A stretch of DNA of 60,578 nucleotides, filler included, from Sphacelaria rigidula (taxonomy: Eukaryota): the NCBI GenBank assembly GCA_964200075.2. It is 5 parts of 5 records of this genome, joined end to end, with 100 filler letters (N's around TTAATTAATTAA, not from the genome) between each part and the next. Parts side by side here need not be neighbours in the genome. Positions count along the whole stretch, not along the records: positions 24,275 to 36,309 come from CAXNAA020004207.1; positions 36,410 to 48,444 come from CAXNAA020004208.1; 3 more parts are not named here. The stretch is one strand, 5' to 3'. Below are positions 24,828 through 37,101 of this stretch, in pieces. The translations under genes and the position numbers were made by a program. Position 1 is the first letter of the stretch; the number at the start of each line of letters is the position of its first letter. The notes beneath the pieces were generated by a model. That model was not told the DNA's origin and ran no database searches. It worked only from the letters and a program-made list of their open reading frames with translations.

Positions 24828-24990
24828 TGCAAACCATACCAGGGAGATATTGAGATGGGCAAGTTGATCCCTTGAGACCACGGACTAGTCCCGGAGAAGG
24901 GGAGGGGCTCAAAGCACGGGGGAAAAGGTAAGAAAAACTCGAAGGGTGGAACGAATCATGGCTGGTTCGAATCACCACATCTACGGGTTC
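24828..24990 (-). mobile_element. SINE-like repeat; second copy at about 33920-34015 (+)
   Basis: Both share CTTTGARCCCCTYCCCTT...GGGACWAGTCCGTGGTCT...TCAAGGGATCAAC...CCCATCTC. Confidence 0.6.
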
Positions 24991-27305
24991 TGAAGCCTGG
25001 TTGTTTGAGAGAGACGAAACAAACGTTGACCGTGGGTCGAACACAGTCTCCACGCAAATTTTCCGATTTTCTACGCGCCTGGTGTACGCTTGGCTGCGGT
25101 GCAACGCTGAAAAACAAAGCGAAAGGATTGATGCTTGGTACTGCACGAATCAATCACAAGATCACACAAACTCGAGCAATTTTCAGACGAACCATTATTC
25201 GCTTTACCATTCAATAACTTCACTATTATAGCATCATTGATATATCCACCAACTGTATTCGTTGATGAACTGATAGATTGCCCTGTGTCCAGGGCGCTTC
25301 CAATTTCAATTAATTTCGGTGTTTGTGACATTGCGGTCTCCGATTTCGGCGGTGAAATCGGAGTGGTCTCGGCTGGGCCCTTCAACTCTAAAATGAAGGT
25401 CTGCTCGTAAGGCATCTTGTTTTCACACATGGTATTTATCTCCTTACGGTAGGTAGTGGAGGAACTGGTGGACTTGTTTCAGTACCAAAACGCCCAGGCA
25501 TTATCAAGAAAATGCTTTGTCTTGTGTCTCGTTCGAATCACGTGTTTCGTGCTAATACTTAACACTGCCTGTACTGCAATATGGTTACGTCCTTGCATTC
25601 CTTGACAAAAACTACGCTCCCCGCACCTCGTGCACAGTTCATGATAACCAGAGCATGTCGGTGGCGGTTATATCATGCACACCCGTTTTTGAACTAGTAC
25701 GGTATACTATTTGGTACAACACGCCGCATGCGGGAGTAGTGCAGTAGATCGAGAAAAAAAAACGGTTCACCATCCAAGGGTAACAACGATGGACTCGCTG
25801 GCATCTCTTATGCGTGTTTTCGAATAAAGCGCGATGAAACATGAGGAGCAATACCATGACGAGCTGCCACAGGGGAGTCCAGCGCTTTAGTGCACGAGCG
25901 CTAGCACGATGTCGGCAACATGGAAATCGCGCACGCGCTAGCGCGTGTGCTGCTCGAAAAAAATGCGCTCCGCGCGTGTAATTTAATTCAATGCGTTTAA
26001 TTATCTTCAACGCAGAGGTTATACCCTATGGGTGTTGAGCCGACACTGCGTACGAAGCACAGCGTGACACGTTCGGCGGTACTACCTGCTCACTGCACAG
26101 CGGCAGGGTGCAGGGTGACAAAGCACACCGCAGGACGTGACATCCTTAGTCTATCCCTGTCCTGCATTGATTTCGCGTGGTCTTATGTAGTTCGCCACAT
26201 CATGAACGCAGTCGCTTGTATCGCGGCCAACGTGTACATAGGATATCACGCCTCGCTACGCGCTATTTTGCTACGTCACATTTTGAAAAGCTGTTCATGT
26301 TGCAGCTACAGCGTGGGTTTGCCCCCGGTGGCGCACGCAGGAGTCAAAGGTCGCCCCCGCTGCTGTAATGGCTGCCTTTATCTTGGGCGAAGTTGTTTGG
26401 TAACACAGCCGCGGCTGGTGCGCCCACATATACCGAAAGGTAGAGACCGGCGTCCAGAATAGATGGGATGACGACGCACTGAGTTTGCGCGGTACACTTG
26501 CAACAACGTGTTCGTACTGACTGTAGAATTCTCTTGTCCACGGTTGGGTACATATCCATATATAATGCAGGGTCTGGCACACCTCGACATAGAATGTAAC
26601 GAAGAGTCCGGTACGTTTCCACCTGTACGTGTACGTAATGTTACTCGGTGATATCGAGAAAAAATCCGCAACAGCTGGGCGACCTGCAGGTGAGGCAATC
26701 ACCGAAATATTCACCAGCAAACTATGCTCCAGTGCACTGTAGGTTGATACCGCTAGAGGGACACTACCATAACCACCTTGTCGGCTGCCAGACTGTCACA
26801 GACTGTCAGGACGTAGGATTCGTTGGCGTTGCTACTGTCTGTCCGGGGTGTTTTCCCCTTGTCAGGTACGGTTTGGAGCATGATACTATTCATAGATGAA
26901 GATCGTCCTTCCTTGTACATGGGCACCAAACGCTGGGGGTCCCCACTCAAAACTTCGATTTGGAGGATGATACTAGGTAGGCTGCGGCAACTGCTGTGTG
27001 TATCCCCCGAATACCGAAATCAATAGTGATTTTAGCGATTTTTAATCTAGCAAGAAAATTATCGCAAGAATCGGGTCGCAAAAACGGAGTCGCAAAAAAC
27101 CGGTTAGTCGAATTTTTACCCGCAGAAGAAACCTAATTCACTTTGTGAAATTGGAATTGGTTGTTATTTTCATCAAGTTTCCCTGTTGGAGAACAAAATT
27201 CCATCTACTGAGTACTTTGTTTGGTCTTAATTTTCGTTCCGAGTGGAAACGAGGCGGTGAAAACTGTGTACGGTGTGTGTATGTGTATATGTATGTATGT
27301 GTGTA

Positions 27306-27377
27306 GGGGGGGGGCGTACTCACATGTTGCTTGCCTTAATCGCTTAAACATTGAGTACACATCCCTTTAGAGACGGA
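27306..27377 (-). mobile_element. Poly(C)-tailed repeat, subfamily 2
   Basis: (G)9CGTACTCACATGTTGCTTGCCTTAATCGCTT...CATCCCTTTAGAGACGGA. Confidence 0.7.
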
Positions 27378-27484
27378 CGAGCAGGGATCGAACTTCAGAC
27401 GCAGGAAACAGAGTGATAGGACAAGCTAAACAACAGCGGATACATCATCGAACTTTCTTTCGATTCCAAGCACTCGAGACTTAA

Positions 27485-27674
27485 GACCGTGCCTTATCAA
27501 ATTGCTTCTGACTCGAAAACGTACGGTGGGATCGAATTCGCTCGTACCTGATTCATCCACGGCATTCATGTTCTCAGCCATCTGGGTAAATATATGGTGT
27601 GGACGAATCAGAAACGAGCGAATTCGATTCGACCGCACGTTTTCGACACGCAAACAATTTGATACGACATGGCC
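27485..27674. mobile_element. Tourist-like (PIF/Harbinger) MITE
   Basis: ~76-bp imperfect TIRs (GACCGTGCCTTATCAAATTG... / ...CAATTTGATACGACATGGCC) flanked by TAA on both sides. Confidence 0.8.
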
Positions 27675-28781
27675 TAATAGTGATTACCATCAAAAGGAAC
27701 AAGGCTAAACACAGCATCAAAACAAGTCGAGGTGGCATGACTCTGACACTAGAGTAGTGGTGGTGGATAAAGTGGCCGCGAGTATCTGTGGACTAACGCA
27801 AAAGACAACGTGCGACAAGGATCACAGAGAGCTTGTAAATGAAATTGTTTTAAAAGGCTCGTAACAAACGATCCTTCTACACAGGGTGAACACGTTTCAC
27901 GTAGGAGCTGGGGCAGCCACGAATTCCTATTGGCCATTGAATAGCTGTGCCCTGCTTCATCTAAGGAATCGGGGTTTCTTGGCTGACCCAGCTCGTATAG
28001 GCAAAAGCTACAAGCACCAAGACTAACGCGGTGTAGGCCAGCAGCGCTACACTTGAGAGTCTGGAGTAAAACATAAGAAGTAGGAATAAGAACAGAAAAC
28101 CATGACAGCCTGGGAGACGCGTGCAAAACCCTGTGAAGATCTGTTACCGTGAAATGGCATCAAGATCCGTCTAGTCATGACAGGTACTGCATTACAACGT
28201 GTACGAGAGTTGCGACGGAAGAATTGTGAGGTGGGAATCATCGTTACCAATGCTGAGATCAGACATTACCGGTGATACATAACATGTAGTCTGACGTGGC
28301 AGGGGATATGTATCTTTAGACAAGTGGTTGATGAGAACCGGATACGTACGTACTGGAGGTCAGAGATGAGATCGCAACATGGCGGGGGGATTTGATTACA
28401 TTTTACAGGCAGAAACGAATAGTTTATAAACACTACAGACTTCCGCCCCTGCCCATGTATCCATCACCCCCGACTTTTGATACCTGTCTTTTAGATTTAT
28501 GATCTTGATGTATTTTGACTGATTGCAAGGGTCGGACGAGTTGATGATTCGTCTGTAAATTACTTGATTATGGTGTGATTCATTCGTACTGTACGAATCA
28601 ATCCTTAAGCTTTGTATTCAGCGTTGCGACCCAGGGACGCGCAGCCCAGGCACGTGAAATGACGCAAAATTTTCTTGAAGACCGCTGTGACCAGGGGTCA
28701 CCTTTCTTCTCTTTTTCGAGCAATCAGGCCTGAAAAATCGTGGATTTGGTGATTGGAACTGGCGATGATTCATCCGAACCG

Positions 28782-29040
28782 TGATTGATTGATTGATCAC
28801 CGAACTTCAACTGCTCCCTCAGGAGTCATGATCCAGCCTTACCGTGGTCATTATCCACATGATAAATAGAGGTACCCGAGACTAAATTGAACCGGAACAC
28901 TCGCTGGAAAAAAATAATAAGAACGGATCTTTCATTGGGGAGTTTGCTTTCACGCCTGAGCCTCCGTACTGCAATATGTTCCCTTCTGACCACGGCTAAA
29001 TCCCTGGGGCATTGCGTCAGTTCGAGTGCGACAATCAATC
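28782..29040. mobile_element. Two oppositely oriented (CAAT)n-tailed retroposon ends
   Basis: The minus copy ends CAGTTGAAGTTCGGTGATCAATCAATCAATC and the plus copy ends CAGTTCGAGTGCGACAATCAATC. Both contain TGACCACGG. Confidence 0.55.
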
Positions 29041-31409
29041 TTACCGATCACTCTTGAGGACCAACGTCCGTATGGGGAGAGTGACTCGTGTACAGAGTCG
29101 AGCTGGGGGACATCAAAGGAGGTTTGCTCCGGGGGGAAGATCCTACCTAGTTGATGAGGGTACTTTCAACTCCGAGACTACCTGGGTGGCGGGGCACTTC
29201 CACCTTGGTGCCTACCCATAAACCGATCTACTCCACGACCATTCAGCCTTCGAAGCTGGGTACGAAGAGGCGGTGAGGTGTGGTGTACTCGAATGCGCCT
29301 AGAAATAGCCAAGTGAACGGTCAGCTAAGGTTTTTACCTGCCCTACCTGTCTCTTGGTCACGACAAGAAAAAAGAACACCCTGTTGGAGGGACGCCAGCG
29401 TGTCATTCACAGAAGCGGGGGAATGAATGAAATCGCGCGTCTACTCTGTATCGTGGTGTATCGTGGTGTGTGTGAAAAAGCTTGTGAACCGCCTCGAGGA
29501 GAGGCCAAGGTCTTTCCAACATATAGAAACCGCCACGAGCGTGGTAGGATTGAATCGCTGAATGTTGAAACAAACAAACATAATGTCCAATTCGGTGGGG
29601 AACTTGCACAAAAAAGCCAACACGCGGAATCTTCTCGAGCGTGAGTCCTGCATCATCCTCCACCAGCATGTATGCATCTCCATACGAGCTACATTTCCTT
29701 GAGAGACAGTGAAGCGTCCAAGATGAAGTACGTGATTATGCGAGAGGTTCAACACGTCCAGCTGGCCTTTTTCAACCCTTAGTACTTTGAGTGTTGATGT
29801 TGGTTATCGTGGGCTTGAGTTATTCTTCAAAAACAATGGGATACCAACCGCAGTGACCGAAATCGAGCAATGGTTTCACTCGATATTTTATGAATAACGT
29901 GCCCAATAACTGGTCTCACTACGCTCAACACCGTTTAGACAAGCTGTTGCGGGCGCTTCGTGTCTCCCGATGTAAATATTATTTGATTTGGGTATGTTAT
30001 TCACACAACCCAAGGAATTCAACCAGAGACAATGGCGTATAGCTATACATGATCCGGTCGCGATTTTTCATCGGAGCAGAACGGTACATATGAGACATTC
30101 CACGACACGTTGGACGATGACACCAAGTACAGATACGGAACGAATGTCTCCCTTCACAATAAGCGTCATGGCATGCCACAACTGACCGGATATGGCGAAT
30201 TCCTACGTGGTGAAACTAATGTTCCGTACACGTAAGTATGTGTGTGCTGTGTGTTGTGTGTTGTGTATCGTGTCATCACATCCATTCTGCACCCCCACTC
30301 CATACCTTTCGGTAACCGTGGGGGCATCAGCCGGGGTCACGCATGAGGGAGATCAACACAGCAGCTTTGAATTCTGTATTTTGATTTGATAGACCACCTT
30401 CCTCCTGCGGTGCTTGCCTTATTTCGTTATTTTCCATCACGAGAAGGGTGCAGCGGAACATTTCCCTCATCGACCGTGAAGTCCACGATTGAAGACGGTG
30501 TACCCACGACACAGTCGCAATCCACTGATGGGCATGGAGTGAGAAAAAAAACGAAAGTGTGGCTTCATCGAAATTCGGACTCACGTCCAAACCGTCAGAA
30601 GGTTTCGAGGTTACCAACCTAGCCACCGGGGCAACGGGCTTCAGTATGCAGCTCATAGTCACAGTATACACTGTATGTAGATTTGCCAGTCCTGGGTATC
30701 CACTTTTTTCCAGTTTCGTCATAGCCGTTGGGAAAGTGTTCACTTGAACGGGATTACTAAACAAATACATTTCTCACGAGCTCAGTGCAAGATTTCCGTA
30801 GGTTTGAAGAAACACGTTTGGTGGAACAAAATTAATGTTTAGTCTTCAAGAGTATCCAAGGGTCGGGATCAAAACCGAGACGAGGGGGGTTGGTGAATCT
30901 TTACAATTCAAAGTGGGGGATAAATACAGTCTACAGGATTATGAAAACACCAATGCATAGACAGTTTCATCTTTTACCGGTAGCTCAAATGGTGGGATAA
31001 GTTTTCAACTGAGTCTTGCGAACTTGTGTACTACTATTCTTGGCTGATGGTTCCCCCCCCCCTCCCATCGTTTCTCAATGGTTTCATGACTATGACATGA
31101 GTGATAATGAGTGGACCCGTCGTTACTTCCTTCCATGGGTGGGATAGCTTAGTCGAGAAAGCATGAAATGATATAGGAGTAATCCAAGACGTGATGATGT
31201 CCATAAGTGAATGCGGGGGGTACAAGACAAAAGTGAGACATGATAGAAATAGGGGAGAAATAAGCGCTACGACAGGAAGCAGCCGAGGAAAAGCACCTTG
31301 AGACATACGGGCGTTGAGGGAGGTGAAGTAGATGAAAACATAATTGCACGGCCCGATGAGCTACGCAAAAAATGTCAACGTGTGATATCGGCTGAAACGA
31401 TAGCTGTAC

Positions 31410-31494
31410 TGGGCGCCCAAATGTTGAAGGCATCTTGATTGGGAGTGGGAGCGGTGCTCCGTCTCGAAAGGAGCGCGTGCTCAACCGTCAAATG
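31410..31494 (+). mobile_element. Tail-less fragment of the poly(C)-tailed repeat, subfamily 2
   Basis: GGGCGCCCAAATGTTG...GGTGCTCCGTCTCGAAAGG matches the reverse complement of 24467-24528. Confidence 0.65.
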
Positions 31495-32105
31495 ACGCGG
31501 TTTCACGTACAGCTCATAATCAACGAATGTATTCATCTCGAGCGGGCGCTGTTTACTTCCGCGTGCTTCTGCCATCTTGAGCAAAAGACGCAATATACTC
31601 CTCTCCAGGACACGATGCATGTACGATTTCCACCTCAAGCCGAATAAGATGGCACAAAGAGCTTACACCCGTTCTTTGGTGATGTACCCGTCTTTTTCAC
31701 GGTACTATACCTGCTTTGAGCTAGTGCAAGAGCCTCCGCCTCGGCGTGCTTCTTGATCTCGAGGAAGAGTCCGTAGTCTAAAAGACTCTTCGGGTCACCG
31801 ACTGTCGTTCGTGGATTAGGAAGGATCACCTGCTTACAACAAAACAGAGCGATGAAAAGCAACGAAACGGGGGTTACGATGGAGGAAAGTCAAAGGGAAA
31901 TCGAAGAGCAGGCAAGGGGTCTAAATAGAGGGAGAGGAAGCTACTGAAGGTCCCGTAGAATGGAAACCACTGGAACAAATTCGACATGACAAGATGAAAA
32001 TCAACAAAGCGTGACAAAAAAAGACGGGAACAGACGGGGAACAAAAAGCTACGAAACCGATTGTGGTGTGTGTGTGGGTGTGTGTGTGTGTGTGCGTGTG
32101 TGTGT

Positions 32106-32161
32106 GAGATCAATGGTCTAATGATTATGGCATGCATGATCATGAGTACCCTCCCCCCCCT
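32106..32161 (+). mobile_element. Poly(C)-tailed repeat, subfamily 1
   Basis: CAATGGTCTAATGATTATGGCATGCATGATCATGAGTACCCTCCCCCCCC, next to a (TG)n tract. Confidence 0.75.
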
Positions 32162-32796
32162 CCGCGCGCAGACACACACACGTAACTGCGTGCGGTACAT
32201 CACCACGTAAGACATCTGCAGCCACGCTCCAACGTCTTCATTTTGAAAGAAAGAAAACGCCAAGCACGATATTGGTTACAGATGGCAAGATGGCTGCAAG
32301 TTGCATTGTCTTTTTTTGTTATCCCTCTCTCTGAGCCATCTCAATGCGATATGAATGAATCCTGATTTATCGGCTACTCTCGTAGCTACTCCCTATGTTA
32401 TGAGCGGGGGCAGCTACGTATGTTGGTGGGATACTATCCACCATATCGCCACTTCCAGAGACAGCCACGGGTTAGACTGCCCCATACCTCACCATTGACA
32501 CCGCGTAGCACAATCATCCCCCTTACGCGGAGTTGAGGTTCTCTGCCCCGCACAAACATGGTCAAACTCGCCCACCATCGCCATCATGGTTACCGCCAAA
32601 AAAACGCCAGCGAAAACAAAAACGGTGACATGGTTGCCTAGCTTACGCAGTGAACTTCGGAGAGGGGTAGGGGGGGGGGGGGGGGGGGAGCCCCCTTCGT
32701 GAAACAATGGTCCGTCGGCGGGCGCGCGGAAAAAACCCTTTAGCAGNNNNNNNNNNCAAAAAAGAGAAAGACAAGAAAAGGCGTGTTGTTTGGGGG

Positions 32797-32850
<54 letters not shown>

Positions 32851-34146
32851 GTATACGCTCTGTAACTTACGGTACTGTTATGCGCACCATTGAAAAACTG
32901 CATTCTGGCTACTCACGAAGAACATGGTACACACCGTATTGTACACACCTCACCTTCTTGACTGTGAGGGCAGGATTCACGTTGATCTTTCCGGGGGCCC
33001 TGACGAGCATGAGCAAAAGCAGTACCGTAGGCATGTAATCCCAGCACACGAACACACAGAAGTTGAGCAGACAGATGTCCTCTCCACCCTTGGCAAAAAT
33101 GAATGGTCGATGGTCGAGAGCGGCAGCATAAAAATGTAGGCACTCGTATTCATTTCAGCAGCAAGCGGTGGAAGGAACAATACCGACACCGGAAAGCGAC
33201 AGGAACGGTCGTTGTCGTCGACAATCGTCTCAGCAGCATCAGGCAGACTCCTCCGTACTGAATATACCCCGCACATATCTGACGCAAAACATATGCGGGA
33301 AAAAACATGAACCACCAACATAGTTGTGAGGTGCACGTAATCGGCACTTCCAAGAAAAAACAAGAAACATCCGCGTGTTAAGTGGTGAGACCCACTCAAG
33401 TTTCTCCCTCCGGGCACAGAATAAGACTTGTCTTGCTTTTTTCAGACATAACCTAGGCCAACAACAAACCTCGTTCATGTGCCCTGACGATAAATCGGCC
33501 ACTAAAAAAGGCAAATGCAGCAACCATATTAATTTAGTGTCGTCACCTCCAATGGCAGGTTCGGCAGATACCACAGCTTCAGCACGGACAGCATCTGGTA
33601 CAGTCCCTGTCGATCGCCAAAAACACGTGTGTTCAATGAGACATAACCGGATCGATGACCGGAGAGGACGGGTAGGTCATCTGGCTATTTGTCTCCATGT
33701 TTATACCCCAAGTAATACCCCAAGTAATACCCCAAGTAAACTGACTGCTGCCGCATGTAGCTTGTATCAAGCATCGCTTGCGAAGTGTCCCAACATTGTA
33801 AAGAGGCATTTCGGTATGTCACCGTCACTTGAACATATTTACGGTACAAAAATCAGTATGATACAATTCAGGGGACGCGCACCTCGCCTCGGCTGCACTA
33901 CGGTTTGAGTTTATTTTTTTGTCGCACTTTGAACCCCTTCCCTTCCTTGGGACAAGTCCGTGGTCTAATAGTCTCAAGGGATCAACCCATCTCTCCCCTG
34001 TACACGCCTTGCATTTTGGTCTCGCGGATTGGGTCATGACTATCAGCACTCCCACACTGCGTCAACTCACGTCAAACAAACTCAGTCGACTACTTTGTTT
34101 ACTCACGTCCTCACGCTTTCCACGGTGGAAATCAGATACTACGAAG

Positions 34147-34226
34147 AAAAAACCCAGCACATCGAGAATCGAACCCTCGTTCTCTCCACCCTCATGACAC
34201 AGTCGGACCATTACACCGCCGGGGCG
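34147..34226 (-). mobile_element. tRNA-derived SINE head (pseudo-tRNA)
   Basis: GCCCCGGCGGTGTAATGGT (A box) ... GAGGGTTCGATTCTCG (B box) ... TTTTTT. No intact cloverleaf. Confidence 0.6.
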
Positions 34227-35085
34227 CTGCGGCATAAGGAATGGAAACTAATAACAATATTCAAATACACGATCGAATAAGCAACACACACGAGAGTACT
34301 TCGGATGTCACGGGGCGGGGGCATTTCCGTCCCGATTAAATCCTTCGCCTCATGGTTCGCATCCAATCCTCCCACCCTCCACACCCCTTGACCTACCAAG
34401 CTCTTAGAGGCCGTTACTGCAGGAAACGTTAGCACTGATGCGTGAAACTCAAGGCACAACGTCCGCGGTGGGCGCACAGAAATGGACTCGTGACGAACAC
34501 CACTTTGCCGTCAGAGGGTTGGGTAAAGTCTACAGGTATCCCACGATCATTATCAAGTGTAGAGGTATCCCATGATCATTATCAAGCCCGTTGGAAGGTT
34601 GGTTGAGAGAGATTCAAGGCCGATACCATGACGGAGAATCTGTTGAAAAACCCTACATGCCGCTGGCGTACATGTACGAGTGAGAGGACTCGGGCAACTA
34701 GAATCCGGGTTAAAAAATGCGTCTGTGAATGTACAGCTGGAGCCAGCGCGTTGCCACTACTGAAGGGCGAGCGTACATCGATCACCCTCATTGATTATAC
34801 ATGAACCGATACAAGCTTGCCGTACTGTTCTGTACCTTGGAGAGGAACACAGTGCAGAGCACGCAGTTCATCGCTCCCAGGGCTCTCGGTTGGTAGATGA
34901 GAAACTTCCTCTGCTGAGGTCGGGGTAACTTTGACACCTGCACGTGCATGTGTAAGCGAACACGTTTGCAAGACGACGCCGAACGAGGTCATTTCTATAT
35001 CCCGGAACATATTCTTCGATGTAACGATAGTGTCGAGCTCTACACAAGTCAACACCAAAGCTCAGCAGAAGAGCGAGGAGGGGAA

Positions 35086-35188
35086 GGGGGGGGATACTCA
35101 TGATCTTGCATACCATAGTCTTATGACGATTGACCTCGCATCCGTACAGAGTTGAGACGGAGCACGCCGCGTTTTCGCCGGACCAGGC
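35086..35188 (-). mobile_element. Poly(C)-tailed repeat linking subfamilies 1 and 2
   Basis: (G)nATACTCATGATCTTGCATACCATAGTCTTATGACG...GAGACGGAGCACG...GCCGGACCAGGC. Confidence 0.75.
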
Positions 35189-36309
35189 TCGCGATCGATC
35201 ACCAAGCGCAAAGCGCTGTGATGAGTTCGGCGAGTCGTACTAAGAGTGCGCTGGATTCTGCTATGTTGTTCGGTCCTAAGCGTACTAAAATCCTTATCTT
35301 GCATATGGATGGTGACAGCCTTGATTGTGTTGCTTCATTTTCTGGTATCGGCACTTACAGCGACAGCCACTAATTCCGCACTGCCGCATGGGTGTCTCAT
35401 CATTCAAACACTGCGTAGCATGACCATCCACTTTGCGCGGAATTAAGGTTATCCCACCCCGCACAATATGGTTACCGTGAAAAAAACGCAAGCGCACAGA
35501 AAAAAAAACAGTAACCTGTGAGAGGGCAGGGTACGTCAAAAACGACTGCGTTCAACAACCAACCTACCAAAGAGACGGTTGCTGGGTATACGAACGATAA
35601 AATGCGCTTGTTAGTGGAGGATAGAGAGCACTGAGGAGTTTCGTCGACAGTCGTAACATCGGTATTCTGGTGGTTAGCTTCACAGGGACAGATGGGCGTT
35701 CCGTTCATGTCGAGTTGGGATGCGTGTTGCTCGTCGCGGAAACATGGCTACCGATCTCTACTTCGACACGGACATGTTTGCCAGTTGTGGACACTTGTCG
35801 TATCAAGCACCTTTCGACTATTGGCTTTCAACATGACCATGCTGAAGTCAAAACTGACAGCAATACTCTCGAATGCTTGCTATCCTTCGCTGGTTGACCC
35901 CTTTGCCCTTCGTATCTTCGAATGAAGCACCACAAGGTTGCTCCGCATATTCGCGTCATCTTCGGTGGAAAATTTGAAGATTGTACGCAAGCAACACCAG
36001 TTAGTGCACGGCAACATCACGGGACGCCCACCGAATGCCAAGACCGTCAGCTCTTGTGTGACCATTTTTGTTTTTCGAATTTGGGCGATACTTTTCTTAG
36101 CCCATTGATTTGATTGTCGCACAGCAACTCATCGGGAGGGATCCAGCCGTGCTCACCACGTCAGACAAACGTACCCGAGAAAAGCAAGGCGGAAACGCTC
36201 GCTTGACGGGAAACATGAAGAGATCAAGGGAGACTGAAGATATATAGTAATCGGAGGAACAAACAACACAGCGAAACAAAGCAGGGGGGGGGGGGGGGGG
36301 GGGGAGAAG

Positions 36310-36409
36310 NNNNNNNNNNNNNNNNNNNNNNNNNNNNNNNNNNNNNNNNNNNNTTAATTAATTAANNNNNNNNNNNNNNNNNNNNNNNNNNNNNNNNNNN
36401 NNNNNNNNN
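36310..36409. other. Artificial contig linker
   Basis: N44 + TTAATTAATTAA + N44. Confidence 0.98.
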
Positions 36410-36957
36410 CGTCCCGAGCTATTCCCTGCAAGCTCCCCACGTACAAGTCCACTGAGTGAGAAGGTACTATACCTACATACACCCACCGTCCTTGGGTTAG
36501 ATAAGGCTGGCCCGTTGTCCACAGGCCCCTCTTATATTTACTTGTATAATAAACCAATACAGGCAAGCGAGCTCTGGCGACGCAAGCACGAGAACGAAAG
36601 GAACGTAGTCAGAACAATTGAACACGGTCGACCAGTGCAGACAGAAGGTATAGCCAGGGAGGATCCCAACGGTATCATCCCAAACCTCGTGTAGCATTGG
36701 AAGGCAGGCGAGCATGGCCATCTGGGACACGAAAACATGCGAACTTCATGTGCAAGTACTGCAGGCAGTCTTGGCTCGATTCGACTCGGCTGTCCGATGC
36801 TGGCTACACTTTGAGCGTGGTACATACTCGGTATACCATCCTCGACTTTGTGTTACTGCACTGGCACGAACTCCAATGCAAACAAAAAGCCTACCCTACT
36901 AGAGCAGTCGAGCACAAGGCAGGCAGCTGGTCACGCAGTTGATCGGTGCAAACTTAC

Positions 36958-37101
36958 CAGAGGTTGAGGTTGCGGGCGCGTGGCCTTGCTAGTAGATAGG
37001 GCGCCTCGAGACGGAGCCCCAGATGGGGTGATGAGGAACGACGATGCAGTGTCCATTAGCGCCATGGCCACCAGCGCAACGTTCATAAAAAAGTTAGTCA
37101 T
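36958..37101 (-). CDS. Exon 1 of a plastid-targeted protein (remainder mostly off-contig)
   Basis: MTNFFMNVALVAMALMDTASS|FLITPSGAPSRGALSTSKATRPQPQPL: signal peptide, ASSF motif and S/T/R-rich transit peptide, ending at a GTAAGT donor. Confidence 0.75.

Larger units (their letters stand above)
25200..36080 (-). pseudogene. Decayed multi-exon gene for a large extracellular protein with Calx-beta-like repeats, possibly followed by a PKD/REJ-type region
   Basis: Colinear remnants with stops and frameshifts. ~36060 ELTV..TNW..TI..TEDD; ~34935 GVKVTPT; ~33230 VDDND..SAYIFML; ~31830 VIL..DYGLFL; ~30745 VNTFPT..VYTVTM..P..DGLDVSP; ~29700 VSQG..GDAYMLV..PTEL..DARF; ~28240 DSHLTILPSQLSY; ~26900 ESYVLTV..SISPSNITYT; ~25350 SPPKSETA. 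Confidence 0.55.

Noticed and set aside
25071..25450. Bacterial-style gene with AAGGAG upstream of the ATG at 25430
   Set aside because: It is better explained as a splice acceptor and exon remnant of the contig-3 pseudogene, and there is no bacterial context.
34147..34226. tRNA gene (also the heads near 4245 and 25000-25090)
   Set aside because: A and B boxes are present, but the acceptor and anticodon stems do not form; these are SINE heads.
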